Shown one piece after another: positions 20,207-28,501 of a stretch of 56,146 nucleotides of DNA; positions within the stretch are counted from its first letter, which is position 1; the number at the start of each line of letters is the position of its first letter. The notes beneath the pieces were generated by a model. The model was not told the origin of the DNA, did no database searches, and saw only the letters and a list, made by a program, of their open reading frames with translations. Source of the stretch: Firmicutes bacterium UBA5324. GTDB lineage: Bacteria > Bacillota > Negativicutes > UBA11029. The stretch spans positions 1-56,146 of the forward strand of contig DHRA01000025.1 in the NCBI GenBank assembly GCA_002411145.1. The letters are read 5' to 3'. The translations under genes and the position numbers were made by a program.

Positions 20207-20236
20207 TTGCATATAGGAGAGGGACTGTGCTATAAT
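20207..20236 (+). promoter_or_regulatory. candidate sigma-A promoter for rpmE
   Basis: TTGCAT (20207-20212), 18-nt spacer ending in TGc, TATAAT (20231-20236). This is an extended -10 promoter. Confidence 0.45.
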
Positions 20237-20286
20237 CAACTAGTATACATTTCGCAGTCAGTCTAATGTAAGTGAGGTGCAAGGGC

Positions 20287-20487
20287 GTGAAAGAGAAAAT
20301 TCATCCGAAGTATAACGTGGTAAAAGTAACGTGCGGTTGCGGTAATTCCTTTGAAACCGGGTCCACGAAAACACAATTAAAGGTCGACATTTGCTCCAAG
20401 TGTCACCCTTTCTATACTGGTCAGCAACGTTTAGTTGATACCGGTGGTCGGATTGACAAATTCAACAAGAAATACGGCCGGAGTTAA
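20287..20487 (+). CDS. rpmE: 50S ribosomal protein L31
   Basis: 66 aa from the GTG at 20287 after [16 protein letters not shown]..., the Zn motif CGCG...[10 protein letters not shown] and the C-terminus [11 protein letters not shown]. Confidence 0.93.
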   Translation: MKEKIHPKYNVVKVTCGCGNSFETGSTKTQLKVDICSKCHPFYTGQQRLVDTGGRIDKFNKKYGRS

Positions 20488-20528
20488 TGGGCAGCAGGGC
20501 AGCGATGCTCTGCTGTTTCTTTAGATAT

Positions 20529-20635
20529 GGACAGGTGGGGCGTAGGGAAAGAAATGAGAAGGGAAGATAGAAGCGGGAATGGCGCAGCCAATTCCTACAA
20601 GAATCCCACCTCCAACCTCTCACCTCCCACTTCCC
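20529..20635. repeat. family F purine/pyrimidine hairpin repeat
   Basis: Purine arm ggacaggtggggcgtagggaaagaaatgagaagggaagatagaagcggg. Pyrimidine arm cccacctccaacctctcacctcccacttccc (20605-20635). Confidence 0.45.
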
Positions 20636-20653
20636 AAATGAAAGGAGTATGCC

Positions 20654-21523
20654 ATGGAACCCAAAAAACCTATTGGGGGGCAGGCGGTTATAGAAGGGGT
20701 AATGATGCGCGGACCGGGCGGGATTGCCACGGCGGTGCGCCAGCCTAACCAGGAGATTACGGTCAAAAAGGACCAGATCCATTCGTTACAAGAACGGTGG
20801 CCGTTTTTGAAGCTGCCCATCCTGCGCGGAGTCGTTACCTTATTTGAATCATTGGTCTATGGCGTGAAAGCGCTGAATTTTTCCGCCCAGGCGGCGGGAG
20901 AAGAGGATGAACAGCTGACAAACAAGGAATTGGCCGTGACCATGGTTGTTGCCCTGGCGGCCGGCATTATCCTGTTCATTATCATTCCCACCGCGGCAGC
21001 CAAATTAGTGAAGGGCCTTACCACGGACCCTTTCTGGTTTAATTTAGCTGAGGGTTTTATCCGGATGGCGGTGTTTCTCCTGTATATATTCGCTATTTCG
21101 CGGATGTCCGATATTCAAAGGGTATTTCAGTATCACGGGGCGGAGCATAAAGTGATTCATGCCTACGAAGCCGATGAGCCGCTGACGGCGGACAATATTC
21201 GCAAATTCAGCCGGTTGCATCCGCGCTGCGGGACGAATTTCCTGCTCATCGTGATGTTGGTAAGTATTTTTGTATTTTCTTTTCTGGGGTGGCCTGTTTT
21301 ATGGCTGCGGATTCTCTCGCGCATTGTGTTGATGCCGCTGATCGCGGGAGTCTCCTACGAGATAATCAGGGTGGCGGGGAAGCATAAGGGCGGGCTGGTG
21401 CATGCCTGTATTTTGCCCGGCCTGTGGCTGCAATACCTGACTACCCGGGAGCCCGACGACGATCAGATTGAAGTGGCGGTGCGGGCCTTACAGGAAGTTA
21501 AAGAAGAGAAGCGTGAGGTGTGA
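20654..21523 (+). CDS. DUF1385-family membrane protein
   Basis: 289 aa. N-terminal GGQAVIEGVMMRG and YHGAEHKVIHAYE are hallmarks of DUF1385, which commonly sits next to prfA/prmC in Firmicutes. Confidence 0.85.
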   Translation: MEPKKPIGGQAVIEGVMMRGPGGIATAVRQPNQEITVKKDQIHSLQERWPFLKLPILRGVVTLFESLVYGVKALNFSAQAAGEEDEQLTNKELAVTMVVALAAGIILFIIIPTAAAKLVKGLTTDPFWFNLAEGFIRMAVFLLYIFAISRMSDIQRVFQYHGAEHKVIHAYEADEPLTADNIRKFSRLHPRCGTNFLLIVMLVSIFVFSFLGWPVLWLRILSRIVLMPLIAGVSYEIIRVAGKHKGGLVHACILPGLWLQYLTTREPDDDQIEVAVRALQEVKEEKREV

Positions 21524-21585
21524 GGTTGGAAGTGAGAAGTAAAGAATCCATGCTCCCGCGGGGCGTCCTATTTTCCACATCTCAA
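21513..21585. repeat. family F repeat
   Basis: gtgaggtgtgaggttggaagtgagaagtaaag ... cctattttccacatctca. The purine arm contains the stop codon of the DUF1385 gene. Confidence 0.45.
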
Positions 21586-21604
21586 ACAGGGTTGGTGAAA
21601 ACGC

Positions 21605-22672
21605 ATGTTGGATAAATTACAGGCCATTGAAGATAAATATGAACAATTGGGTGAACTGCTAAGCGACCCTTCGATCATTGCTAATCAGTCCGAGTGGCAG
21701 AAACATGCGAAGGCGCATGCGAAGATAACTGATTTGGTAGCCAAGTTTCGGGAGTATAAAGAGGTCATGAAAGGCCTGGAGGATTCCCGGGAAATGCTGC
21801 GCGAAAAGCTGGATGCCGAGATGAAAGAACTCGTGCAGATGGAACTGGAAGAGTTGAAATCCAGGGAAGAGGAATTGCAGGAGGAATTGCGTATCCTGCT
21901 GCTGCCCAAAGACCCAAATGACGATAAAAACGTTATTGTGGAGATTCGGGGCGGGGCCGGCGGTGAAGAAGCGGCTTTATTTGCCGCAGATTTATTGCGC
22001 ATGTATACCCGTTACGCGGAACGCCAAGGCTGGCGTACGGAAATTTTGGATGCGAGTCCCACGGATATCGGCGGCTTTAAGGAAGTCATTTTTCTGATTG
22101 AAGGAGACGGCGCCTTTAGTCGTTTGAAATATGAATCCGGTGTGCACCGCGTGCAGCGTGTTCCCGATACGGAAGCCAGCGGCAGAATTCACACCTCGAC
22201 GGTTACGGTCGCCGTGCTGCCGGAAGCGGAAGAGGTGGATATCGAAATCAATCCCAATGATCTGAGAATTGATACCTACTGCGCCGGCGGCGCTGGCGGA
22301 CAGCATGTGAACAAAACGGAGTCCGCGGTGCGGATCACGCATCTGCCTACCGGGATCGTGGTCCAGTGTCAGGATGAAAAGTCCCAGATCAAAAACCGCG
22401 ATAAGGCCATGCGCGTATTGCGGGCCAGGGTGCTTGAACAGGCCCAGGCGGCGGCGCACGCCGAGATGGCCGATGCCCGGAAAAGCCAGGTTGGCACCGG
22501 AGACCGTAGTGAACGGATTCGGACGTATAATTTCCCGCAGGGCCGGGTTACCGACCATCGGGTGGGTATAACCTTACACAAATTGGACATGGTTTTAGAG
22601 GGAGATCTGGACGATATTATCAATGTGCTGATCAATACCGCCCAGGCCGAGAAACTGAAAGAGGCTGAATAG
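21605..22672 (+). CDS. prfA: peptide chain release factor 1
   Basis: 355 aa. GGQ motif ([18 protein letters not shown]) and an RF1-type tripeptide region ([12 protein letters not shown]). Confidence 0.97.
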   Translation: MLDKLQAIEDKYEQLGELLSDPSIIANQSEWQKHAKAHAKITDLVAKFREYKEVMKGLEDSREMLREKLDAEMKELVQMELEELKSREEELQEELRILLLPKDPNDDKNVIVEIRGGAGGEEAALFAADLLRMYTRYAERQGWRTEILDASPTDIGGFKEVIFLIEGDGAFSRLKYESGVHRVQRVPDTEASGRIHTSTVTVAVLPEAEEVDIEINPNDLRIDTYCAGGAGGQHVNKTESAVRITHLPTGIVVQCQDEKSQIKNRDKAMRVLRARVLEQAQAAAHAEMADARKSQVGTGDRSERIRTYNFPQGRVTDHRVGITLHKLDMVLEGDLDDIINVLINTAQAEKLKEAE

Positions 22673-22674
22673 TT

Positions 22675-23538
22675 GTGCGTGAAGCGAAAGTATGGACGGT
22701 GGGCGGAGTGCTGCAATGGACGCAACGGTACCTGGCGGATAAAGGAATTGATAATCCCCGGCTCGATGCGGAAGTGCTGCTGGCCCATGTGATCAAAACC
22801 GACCGGCTTCACTTATATGTCGATTTTCATAAGCCTTTGCAGGCGGCGGAGTTGGAGCTTTATCGCGAGCTGATTAAACAGAGGGCCCGGCGGATTCCTG
22901 TTGCCTACATTACCGGTAACAAGGAATTCATGGGTCTTTCTTTTTTAGTTACTCCGGCCGTGCTGATTCCCAGACCGGACACGGAGATTCTTGTGGAAAC
23001 CGTGATGCGCTACGCTAAAACGCAAAATGAGCCGCTAATTATTGATGTGGGCACCGGCAGCGGGGCCATAATTGTCAGTCTGCTGAAATTGTTGCCGGCC
23101 GCCCGGGGGATCGCCCTGGACATCTCCGCCCAGGCCCTGGCCGTAGCCGCGGAAAATGCCTGCCGGCAAGAGGTGCTGGTCCGGCTGGAATTTATGGAAG
23201 GCGATTTACTGCAGCCGGTACAAGGGCGGCAGGTAGATTTTATTGCCGCAAACCCGCCGTATATTCCCGCCGGCGATCTGGCCGGGCTGGAGCCGGAGGT
23301 GCGTAAAGAACCGCTCCTTGCGCTAAGCCCGGGGGCGGACGGACTACACTGTTACCGCCGGCTGGTCCGGGAGAGTTTACCCGTACTGCGGCCCCAGGGC
23401 CGGCTGATCTGTGAGGTGGGCATTGGACAGGCGGGTCCGGTGGCGCAGCTCATGCGGGAAACGCAAGGTTACGGGGATATCGAAATAATCAGGGACTATG
23501 GCGGCATCGAACGGGTCGTCGCCGGCAGAAGAAAGTAG
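22675..23538 (+). CDS. prmC: release factor glutamine N5-methyltransferase
   Basis: 287 aa with a GTG start 2 nt after the prfA stop. SAM motif DVGTGSGAI and catalytic NPPY (ANPPYIP). Confidence 0.93.
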   Translation: MREAKVWTVGGVLQWTQRYLADKGIDNPRLDAEVLLAHVIKTDRLHLYVDFHKPLQAAELELYRELIKQRARRIPVAYITGNKEFMGLSFLVTPAVLIPRPDTEILVETVMRYAKTQNEPLIIDVGTGSGAIIVSLLKLLPAARGIALDISAQALAVAAENACRQEVLVRLEFMEGDLLQPVQGRQVDFIAANPPYIPAGDLAGLEPEVRKEPLLALSPGADGLHCYRRLVRESLPVLRPQGRLICEVGIGQAGPVAQLMRETQGYGDIEIIRDYGGIERVVAGRRK

Positions 23539-23547
23539 AAGAAGATG

Positions 23548-23620
23548 GATTAACACAAAGAAACGAAGAAGCCAAGGGGGCAAACTATTCCTGTGCTTCT
23601 TGGCTTCTTTGTGTTAATTC
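23548..23620. repeat. family E hairpin repeat (ACACAAAGAAG units)
   Basis: gattaacacaaagaaacgaagaagccaagg ... gcttcttggcttctttgtgttaattc. A single-arm copy lies at 2288-2309. Confidence 0.6.
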
Positions 23621-23640
23621 CCGGTAAAGGAGGACTTCTC

Positions 23641-24690
23641 TTGGATACGCGAATGCTGAAAATCAACCCGGAAAAACCGGATATGGCCCTTATTGGAGCA
23701 GCGGCCGGCGTCCTGCGCGCCGGGGGTATCGTGGCTTTCCCCACCGAGACGGTCTACGGGCTGGGCGGTAACGGACTGGATGAGGCAGCCGTCGCCAGGA
23801 TCTTCAAAGCGAAGGGACGACCGGCGGACAATCCGCTGATTCTGCATATTGCCACGCTGGAAGAATTGGGGCTGTTGGTGCGCGAGATTCCACCGGCGGC
23901 GCAGAAATTGAGCCGCGCTTTCTGGCCCGGGCCGCTGACCCTGGTGTTGCCGCGCAGTGAAAAGGTACCTGACATTGTTACCGGCGGGCTTGATACGGTA
24001 GCCGTGCGCATGCCCGATCATGTCATCGCCCAACTGCTGATTGCCAAAGCGGGAGTTCCCATTGCCGCACCCAGCGCCAACCTTTCCGGGCGGCCCAGTC
24101 CGACCGATGCGGCCGCTGTGTGGGCGGACATGCAAGGTAGGATAGACATGGTGGTGGACGGTGGACCAAGCGGCATCGGGGTGGAATCCACGGTTATCGA
24201 CCTGACCGCCGCAAAACCTGTATTGCTGCGGCCCGGGGGTGTAACCCTTGAGGAATTGCGCGCCGCCTTGGGGGAAGTGTCTTTGTGCGGGAGCCTGACG
24301 GCGGAAACCGGGCAGCCAAAGTCGCCGGGCATGAAATATACCCATTACGCACCGCGGGCGCCGGTTATTGTGGTTGAAGGAAAACAACCGGCGGTAGCCC
24401 GCGTTTTAGAAGGGGAGATTAAGACATACCGGGCAAAGGGAAATTGTGTTGGACTCCTGGCTACCCGGCAGACGGCCCGCCGGATCCGGGCCGATGTGGT
24501 AAGGGAAATGGGAGACGCGGCGGATCTGTTTTCTGTGGCCTCCGGGCTGTTTTCCGCCTTACGCTCCTTTGACGATACGCCGGTGGACGTTATCCTGGCG
24601 GAAGGTGTTTCAGAGGAAGGCATTGGCTTGGCGATCATGAACCGTCTCCGCAAGGCCGCAGGCTATCGTCTGATCCATGCTGACAAGTGA
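23641..24690 (+). CDS. tsaC: L-threonylcarbamoyladenylate synthase (Sua5/YwlC type, with C-terminal Sua5 domain)
   Basis: TTG at 23641 is 8 nt after AAAGGAGG; the alternative is ATG at 23653. The ORF-track start at 23593 lies inside the repeat arm. Motifs VAFPTETVYGLG, KGRPADNPLILH and SANLSGRPSPT. Confidence 0.9.
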   Translation: MDTRMLKINPEKPDMALIGAAAGVLRAGGIVAFPTETVYGLGGNGLDEAAVARIFKAKGRPADNPLILHIATLEELGLLVREIPPAAQKLSRAFWPGPLTLVLPRSEKVPDIVTGGLDTVAVRMPDHVIAQLLIAKAGVPIAAPSANLSGRPSPTDAAAVWADMQGRIDMVVDGGPSGIGVESTVIDLTAAKPVLLRPGGVTLEELRAALGEVSLCGSLTAETGQPKSPGMKYTHYAPRAPVIVVEGKQPAVARVLEGEIKTYRAKGNCVGLLATRQTARRIRADVVREMGDAADLFSVASGLFSALRSFDDTPVDVILAEGVSEEGIGLAIMNRLRKAAGYRLIHADK

Positions 24691-24789
24691 ACTTGTCTGG
24701 CTATGCCAGACTTCGGGGCTTCAGGTGGAGGCTCAGACGTTCAAACGAGACCTGATGATAATTCAGTGTATGTAATGGATTCTTATTTT

Positions 24790-24798
24790 TGCTATAAT
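24790..24798 (+). promoter_or_regulatory. extended -10 element (TGcTATAAT) upstream of the MNT/HEPN pair
   Basis: tgctataat at 24790-24798. No convincing -35 box. Confidence 0.3.
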
Positions 24799-24853
24799 AT
24801 ATGTATAGAATAAGTGTTGTAAGCATATTTTGCTCGAGCGGGAGGTGTATGGA

Positions 24854-25195
24854 GTGGCAATGGATATACTGAAAGCGAAGGACAATGAGCATGTTGCACT
24901 GGCTGAACTAAAGAAACGTGTACAAGAGAAAACGGCAGTCGAGAAAGTTGTTGTTTTTGGTTCGGTAGCTCGCGGCGAGGCAACAGAAGACTCCGATCTG
25001 GATGTATTGATTCTTACGGAAGAGCCAATTTCCTATACGGAGGAAACTTTTATATTTGATATAACGTTCTTTGTTAACCTGGAGTATGATACCAACATTA
25101 GCGTAGTGGTTATTCCAAAGGAAAAATGGGAATCTCCTGTCTGGTCGCTGCTACCACTTCATCAGGCAATTGCCAGAGAGGGAATTGCCGTATGA
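24854..25195 (+). CDS. nucleotidyltransferase-domain protein (MNT-type antitoxin)
   Basis: GTG at 24854 is 8 nt after GGGAGG; alternatives are ATG 24860 and TTG 24830. Minimal NTase motif VVVFGSVARGEATEDSDLDVLIL. Confidence 0.8.
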   Translation: MAMDILKAKDNEHVALAELKKRVQEKTAVEKVVVFGSVARGEATEDSDLDVLILTEEPISYTEETFIFDITFFVNLEYDTNISVVVIPKEKWESPVWSLLPLHQAIAREGIAV

Positions 25196-25596
25196 CCGCG
25201 GAAGGCAATGTGAAAGAGTTAGCGCGTTACTGGCTGAGCAAGTCGCTGGAGGCGGAAGAAGGTGCGATGTTGCTGTTTGAGCATCGGCAATGGCCGGCCT
25301 GCGTCAGTAGGCTGTATTATGCCTCATTTTATGCTATGAGTGCGCTTCTTGCGTTGCGGCAGTTAAGCTACGGAAAGCATTCCGCTGTTAGGGCCAGCTT
25401 GCATAGAGATTTTGTAAAAATGGATGTATTGCCTGTAGAGGCAGGCATGGTGTACAATCGGCTATTTGAATGGAGACAAAAGGCCGATTACGAAGCTTTT
25501 CTAGAAATGAATGAGCAAATGGCTGAAGATCTTTTAACACAAGCCAGGGATTTGCTTGAAGTGTTGCGCAAACACGCAGAGGCTGAGATTGGCTGA
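25192..25596 (+). CDS. HEPN-domain protein (toxin partner of MNT)
   Basis: 134 aa. The ATG at 25192 overlaps the upstream stop (ATGA). All-helical, with SRLYYASFYA and a WRQKADY HEPN-type motif. Confidence 0.8.
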   Translation: MTAEGNVKELARYWLSKSLEAEEGAMLLFEHRQWPACVSRLYYASFYAMSALLALRQLSYGKHSAVRASLHRDFVKMDVLPVEAGMVYNRLFEWRQKADYEAFLEMNEQMAEDLLTQARDLLEVLRKHAEAEIG

Positions 25597-25723
25597 TTTA
25601 GATTAAAGTTAAGACGTTTTATTGTGGCTAATATTTTCGTGATATTTCATGATGAAATATGTTGGTCATAATTTTGCAAAAAATTACAAACATGGAAGGG
25701 AAGTTACGATAGCTTACAGAATT

Positions 25724-25759
25724 TGAGACATAATTCACCTTATGTGGTGGATTATGTCT
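25724..25759 (+). terminator. 10-bp perfect hairpin, possible weak terminator after the TA pair
   Basis: gagacataat - 16 nt - attatgtctc. Only a short T tract follows. Confidence 0.3.
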
Positions 25760-25896
25760 CTTGACTTAAATGGGATAATATTGCTAGCGAGCCGTGAAAA
25801 GCTTAAGAAGAGTGCATTCATTTCAGCATCGATAGCCTTAGTTGGTTATAGCGGATATGGAGTAAAATAAGAATGGGAAACAATGATTGTCATCGG

Positions 25897-25927
25897 TTGC
25901 ATATCTATTTTTATTGAATTATATAAT
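25897..25927 (+). promoter_or_regulatory. candidate sigma-A promoter of the four-gene operon
   Basis: TTGCAT (25897-25902), 17-nt spacer, TATATA (25920-25925), or TATAAT (25922-25927) with a 19-nt spacer. AGGAGG at 25942-25947 and the TTG start at 25956 follow. Confidence 0.4.
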
Positions 25928-25955
25928 AATGGTGATTGCCCAGGAGGTGCTGTTT

Positions 25956-26951
25956 TTGAGAGAAACGATTGCCCACTATATAGCCAACTCCACCCGCAAG
26001 ACGCTCAATATTAAAGATTTTATTCCTTATTATCGCTATAGCGATTTGGTGGACGAAATCAAATCGCTGGTTACTAAAGGAGTACTAATGCCACGCGGAA
26101 GGCTCAACGGATTGAAACAGTCACTATACCATTCATACACTATTCACCGTGCGCCGAACGAGCAGTTACTTATTGAGATCCGCAATCTACCGCCTTACCT
26201 GCAGAATCAGTATTATGTCCAGCACCCCAAAGCTTATCAAGAGGACAAGCCTTATATAGATAGGCTATGCGACTTTTATGAAAATAATAAAGACCTACTT
26301 TCGTTTCCAGCGACGCTTAACGAACGGGCCTATCAGTTGGTTGGTAATGAAAAGTGGTTGTTGCCTAAATTTGGCGGGTTGGCAGTACTTACTCGGCTTG
26401 GTATCGCGATTGAAAGTCTGAATGTGTTTGCTACGCCTGAACCCTTTCATTATGTGCAGTATAACCAGTCGATTCGGACTGTGCTGATTTCCGAAAATAA
26501 AGATGCATTTTATGACATAAAAAAACTGGCGAAGGGGCTACCGTTTCGCTTGTGGAATGTCACGATTGACCTGTTAGTCTGGGGAGAGGGAAGTCACATC
26601 GAAAATAGCTTTGAATTTATGATTGAGCTAAATGCGATGCCAGACTTAGAAGTATTTTACTGGGGGGACCTCGACTATACCGGCATAGGAATTTTTACCC
26701 GGCTCATTGAGAAATTCCCCCAGAGCCGGATCGTGCCCCATTGTCAATTATATAAGGAAATGCTTGACCGGACGCCTAACCCGCCCGAACAGACTACAGC
26801 AGTTCGAGAAAAGGATAAGGAGATTCAGATATTTTTATCCTTTTTTGATGAACTTCAGCGACACAATATACAATCGCTCTTACTGCGAAATCGTCGCGTG
26901 CCGCAAGAGTCGGTCCCTTTCCATATCATGAGTAGGTTGGTGATGGCGTGA
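25956..26951 (+). CDS. Toprim-domain protein, JetD/MksG-like (putative nuclease subunit)
   Basis: 331 aa from the TTG at 25956, 8 nt after AGGAGG; the ORF extends up to 25887. C-terminal half: VLISENKDAF (Toprim Glu, codon 26493-26495), then FYWGDLDYTGIGIF (DxD, 26667-26675) and a terminal RVPQES. This ENK ... GD-D--G pattern is as in Topo VI-A/Spo11-like Toprim and DUF2220. Confidence 0.7.
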   Translation: MRETIAHYIANSTRKTLNIKDFIPYYRYSDLVDEIKSLVTKGVLMPRGRLNGLKQSLYHSYTIHRAPNEQLLIEIRNLPPYLQNQYYVQHPKAYQEDKPYIDRLCDFYENNKDLLSFPATLNERAYQLVGNEKWLLPKFGGLAVLTRLGIAIESLNVFATPEPFHYVQYNQSIRTVLISENKDAFYDIKKLAKGLPFRLWNVTIDLLVWGEGSHIENSFEFMIELNAMPDLEVFYWGDLDYTGIGIFTRLIEKFPQSRIVPHCQLYKEMLDRTPNPPEQTTAVREKDKEIQIFLSFFDELQRHNIQSLLLRNRRVPQESVPFHIMSRLVMA

Positions 26952-28501
26952 ACGATTATTTCAGTGATTTTGAAACACGAATACGAAACTTAGCGCCCCT
27001 ACAATACCTAGCGACCCGGACGCAAGACTTTCAACGTTCCTATACATATCCTCTTTACCCGATGGCACTTGGCATGCTTATTCTGATCTATGAAGGTATG
27101 CTCATTAATGAACATCACTCGGCTCAATCGCTCGCGAACGAAATGCGCAAGCGCTGGACAGGCATTTTGGTTGCCAATAAGCAGGGCGATATCGATACAG
27201 TAGTGCAGGTATTATTGTTTTCAATCCTGCAAAACGATGGCATACCCTACGTCTATAGTGATATTATACCGACAACAGGAGCTACAGTCGAAGTCCCTGT
27301 TAAATTAATAGAAACCGCTGACTTTGATATTTCACAGTCGTACGCGACTTTTCGCTTAACCAGTCAGGGACTCGAACTACTTTATGCATCAAAAGAAATA
27401 CCCGGTGAACTCCAGCTCACAATCGAACAGTTATACCTACGGCAGCAATATGAGGGGGGCCACTTTAATCAAGCCCTGCAGCACATCCAAAACATTTATC
27501 AAATCATCCGTTTACTTTCGCAGGATATCGACCAAACCAGTCGCGCTTTAATGGCCGATGCCTTTAGTGTACAGTTTGAAGATTTTGAACAGGTTATCCA
27601 CCGCAAGACCGAGATCAACCAGCGCGAAAAAAAGGAGTTTATGCTACTTCATACCAAAGTCCGCCAAGATCGGAAAAGTGTGGAGGACCAGGAGATTCGC
27701 AACCAAAAAGATGACGATGCACTCCTAATGCTGCGACGCATCGAATCCAATCTACAGGGCTTAGTGAAAGAACATGTCCGACTGCTCAATAAGACGCAAG
27801 ACCTCAACTCTCGGTTTTTAGAATCGCGGCGGCAACGCATCGCTCTGGCTTTACGGCGGCAGATTCACTACCGGAATGATATTCTGACGCCATGCATCGA
27901 AGAAAATCCACCCATTGAAATGGCCTATCACGGCATCTACTTTTTATTTCGGCAACGCCCCTCACACTTTAGCCCGCTCTGGTGTTTTCATAATCAACTG
28001 CCCAAAATCATACGAAGCGATGAAATCGAAACAGCAGATGATTATAGCCCTGACGAAGAAGCCGCTGAACGGCTAGCCGAACAGCGCAGATACGAAGCCA
28101 GCTTTTACCGGCACGCCCTTAGCCGATTTATCCGCAGGATGACGCCAGGCGAACCTCTATCCATCAGTCAATTTTTTACGCTCAGCGATAGTGAGCGGCG
28201 CAAATATGAAAACAGTTTCCATTTTTTCTTTATTTTCATTCAGCTTTACCGGATCGGGGTACTTGATCTAAGCAAGTTGACGAAAGAGGATTTGATTTAT
28301 AGTGAAAATGAGCCGATTGATATTACCCAAATTATTGCCCGCCACCGGGTTGATCACCCGGAATCTTATCCAGGACGCTATATTGTGGTGAGCGGCAACG
28401 GCAAGACTTATGTGACAAGCGGCGGTGCAAGCATAACTGACTTTGCTCTCCATATCGTTGATTCGATTGAGGAGGTGGCGCTTGATGTATACACAGGATG
28501 A
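26948..28501 (+). CDS. unknown 517-aa protein, candidate kleisin-like (JetA/MukF-position) subunit
   Basis: The GTG start overlaps the upstream stop (GTGA). Its size, predicted helical character and its position before a small protein and an SMC-like ATPase parallel jetA/mukF. I recognise no diagnostic motif. Confidence 0.45.
   Translation: MNDYFSDFETRIRNLAPLQYLATRTQDFQRSYTYPLYPMALGMLILIYEGMLINEHHSAQSLANEMRKRWTGILVANKQGDIDTVVQVLLFSILQNDGIPYVYSDIIPTTGATVEVPVKLIETADFDISQSYATFRLTSQGLELLYASKEIPGELQLTIEQLYLRQQYEGGHFNQALQHIQNIYQIIRLLSQDIDQTSRALMADAFSVQFEDFEQVIHRKTEINQREKKEFMLLHTKVRQDRKSVEDQEIRNQKDDDALLMLRRIESNLQGLVKEHVRLLNKTQDLNSRFLESRRQRIALALRRQIHYRNDILTPCIEENPPIEMAYHGIYFLFRQRPSHFSPLWCFHNQLPKIIRSDEIETADDYSPDEEAAERLAEQRRYEASFYRHALSRFIRRMTPGEPLSISQFFTLSDSERRKYENSFHFFFIFIQLYRIGVLDLSKLTKEDLIYSENEPIDITQIIARHRVDHPESYPGRYIVVSGNGKTYVTSGGASITDFALHIVDSIEEVALDVYTG

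Noticed and set aside
21992-22812. 188-aa and 147-aa minus-strand ORFs
   Set aside because: They are antisense to prfA and prmC, and no motifs or RBS are visible.
23614-24387. 257-aa minus-strand ORF
   Set aside because: It is antisense to tsaC/sua5, has a low-complexity Arg/Gly/Pro-rich product, and is a typical shadow ORF in GC-rich coding sequence.
24691-24830. Direct repeats / tRNA-like att remnant at the island borders (gttcaaa at 24746-24752 on the left, gtgttcaaatccaccc near 33681-33696 on the right)
   Set aside because: Only a 7-mer is shared between the two borders. That is expected by chance for two stretches of about 300 nt. The T-arm-like sequence does not have a complementary stem, and no tRNA gene is present.
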